Both the position numbers and the translations under genes were made by a program. Source: Ascidiella aspersa (taxonomy: Eukaryota). Taken from it: 64,000 nt of DNA. The stretch covers positions 20,522,001 to 20,586,000 of the forward strand of contig OZ004615.1 in assembly GCA_963924565.1 (NCBI GenBank), in the 5' to 3' direction. The notes below the pieces were generated by a model. That model was not told where the DNA came from, did no database searches, and worked only from the letters and a program-made list of their open reading frames with translations. This document shows positions 62,773-64,000 of the stretch, piece after piece (positions within the stretch are counted from its first letter, which is position 1; the number at the start of each line of letters is the position of its first letter).

Positions 62773-64000
62773 CAACTTTGGTGTTAAATAATTGCTGCAG
62801 TTGCTTCTTAAGATTACACGAATTAGGACGCAATTTGCGACGAAAAAATTACGACGTAACTTGTTAAAATTAGTACATAACTTGTGACCAAACAAAATCC
62901 TATATATCGTTATAGAGGTGATCCCATATTGCCGACACCCAGCTACACAATTATTTACATATTTTAAACACAACAGGCTATATAAACGTGTATAGTTTCT
63001 TACGGCACAGAGGCATTATGAAGCAGATAATTCTTACAAAGGTTGTTCTCGAGTGAACTCGTGCGCAAATAAGCACATGAAATAAAAAGTGGGTTTGTTT
63101 GATTTTAAATGGCAAAGGTTTTACTAGAGAGAAATATTTTGCGCAGCAGTAGTTTAGCATATTGCTCAATATACAATGGTGTTAAATTTTTGAACAGGAA
63201 CCACGTAAAAAGTACTGGTTTAGAAGGTTTGCGAGGCTTTTTCTTTCTTTGGTACAATGGTTAAGTTCCACGGTATAGATCAGTTTTCCCAACCTTTTTG
63301 TACTAGCGCCGCCTTTGGCCGACAGCTTTTTGTAACGTCCCTCCTGATACAACAAACCCGGGGATTGATTTGCAATGCTTAATTGGGAGGTAGCATAAAA
63401 ACATCGAATTAAAATTCAGAAAACTACTGTCAACAAAATTCACGCGTATAGATTAAAAAATGCGTCTGTCTAGTTTAAACTGAGAAGCAAATTTTTACGA
63501 AAACGCTATATAAAACTCTTTTAAAGAACTAAAGCTAACTGTAACATATGTCACCAAAAGCCAATCAAGATTGGCACGAAGCCGAAAGTCCATTCACATT
63601 TAGTCTAAATTGGCAAAAATAGATTTTCTTTTTGACCGGTAGGAGCATGACCGGTAATTTATTATTGATGAATATTACGTTTTATTATATATCTTTCACA
63701 AACAAAGTGATAATTTAGAAGCTAACATATACTTATAGCAAAGTATTTCTGAGTCGTATAATTTTAACAAATCCTAAACAAATAATTTCAATCGAGTTTA
63801 AAAACATGCAGCTAATTTGTCGTTGACAAAGTGACATCAATTTTTTGCTCCATGTTATAGCTAAAGTATCACCTGGTTAGCCTATGAATCATTTCCCACT
63901 TACTTTTGATAACGTGCTAACAAAAAATCATCGCCAAAAAAATAAAAGTTTAAAAATATAGAATCGTGACACTAAGTTATATTTTCAGGTCCCAAGAGAC

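Overview
Eukaryotic, AT-rich, intron-rich animal DNA; the gene families and repeats suggest an invertebrate chordate such as an ascidian (inference). From left to right: (1) the 5' half of a CYP2-clan cytochrome P450 on the minus strand (6 exons, running off the left edge); (2) an SLC22 organic-ion transporter with only exons 5-13 present (7027-15615, +); (3) a complete 13-exon SLC22 paralogue (19110-62409, +, 546 aa) whose last intron is about 31.5 kb, against about 1.6 kb in the paralogue. That intron holds an antisense tandem triplication (8.6-kb unit) of an unusual GPCR with about 20 LDL-receptor class A (LDLa)-like modules fused directly to an RXFP/GRL101-type 7TM domain and no leucine-rich repeats. 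The 1461-aa ORF calls have a false, MITE-derived N-terminus. The better model is a 133-nt signal-peptide exon plus one 4.15-kb exon (1428 aa). The LDLa modules come in two non-canonical cysteine patterns. The middle copy looks like an unequal-crossover chimera of the outer two. The third copy has lost most of TM3 and carries a non-autonomous LTR element in intron 1 and a solo LTR in its promoter. Introns are full of hAT-type MITEs with 8-bp target-site duplications (TSDs), solo LTRs, tRNA-derived SINE-like elements and minisatellites.
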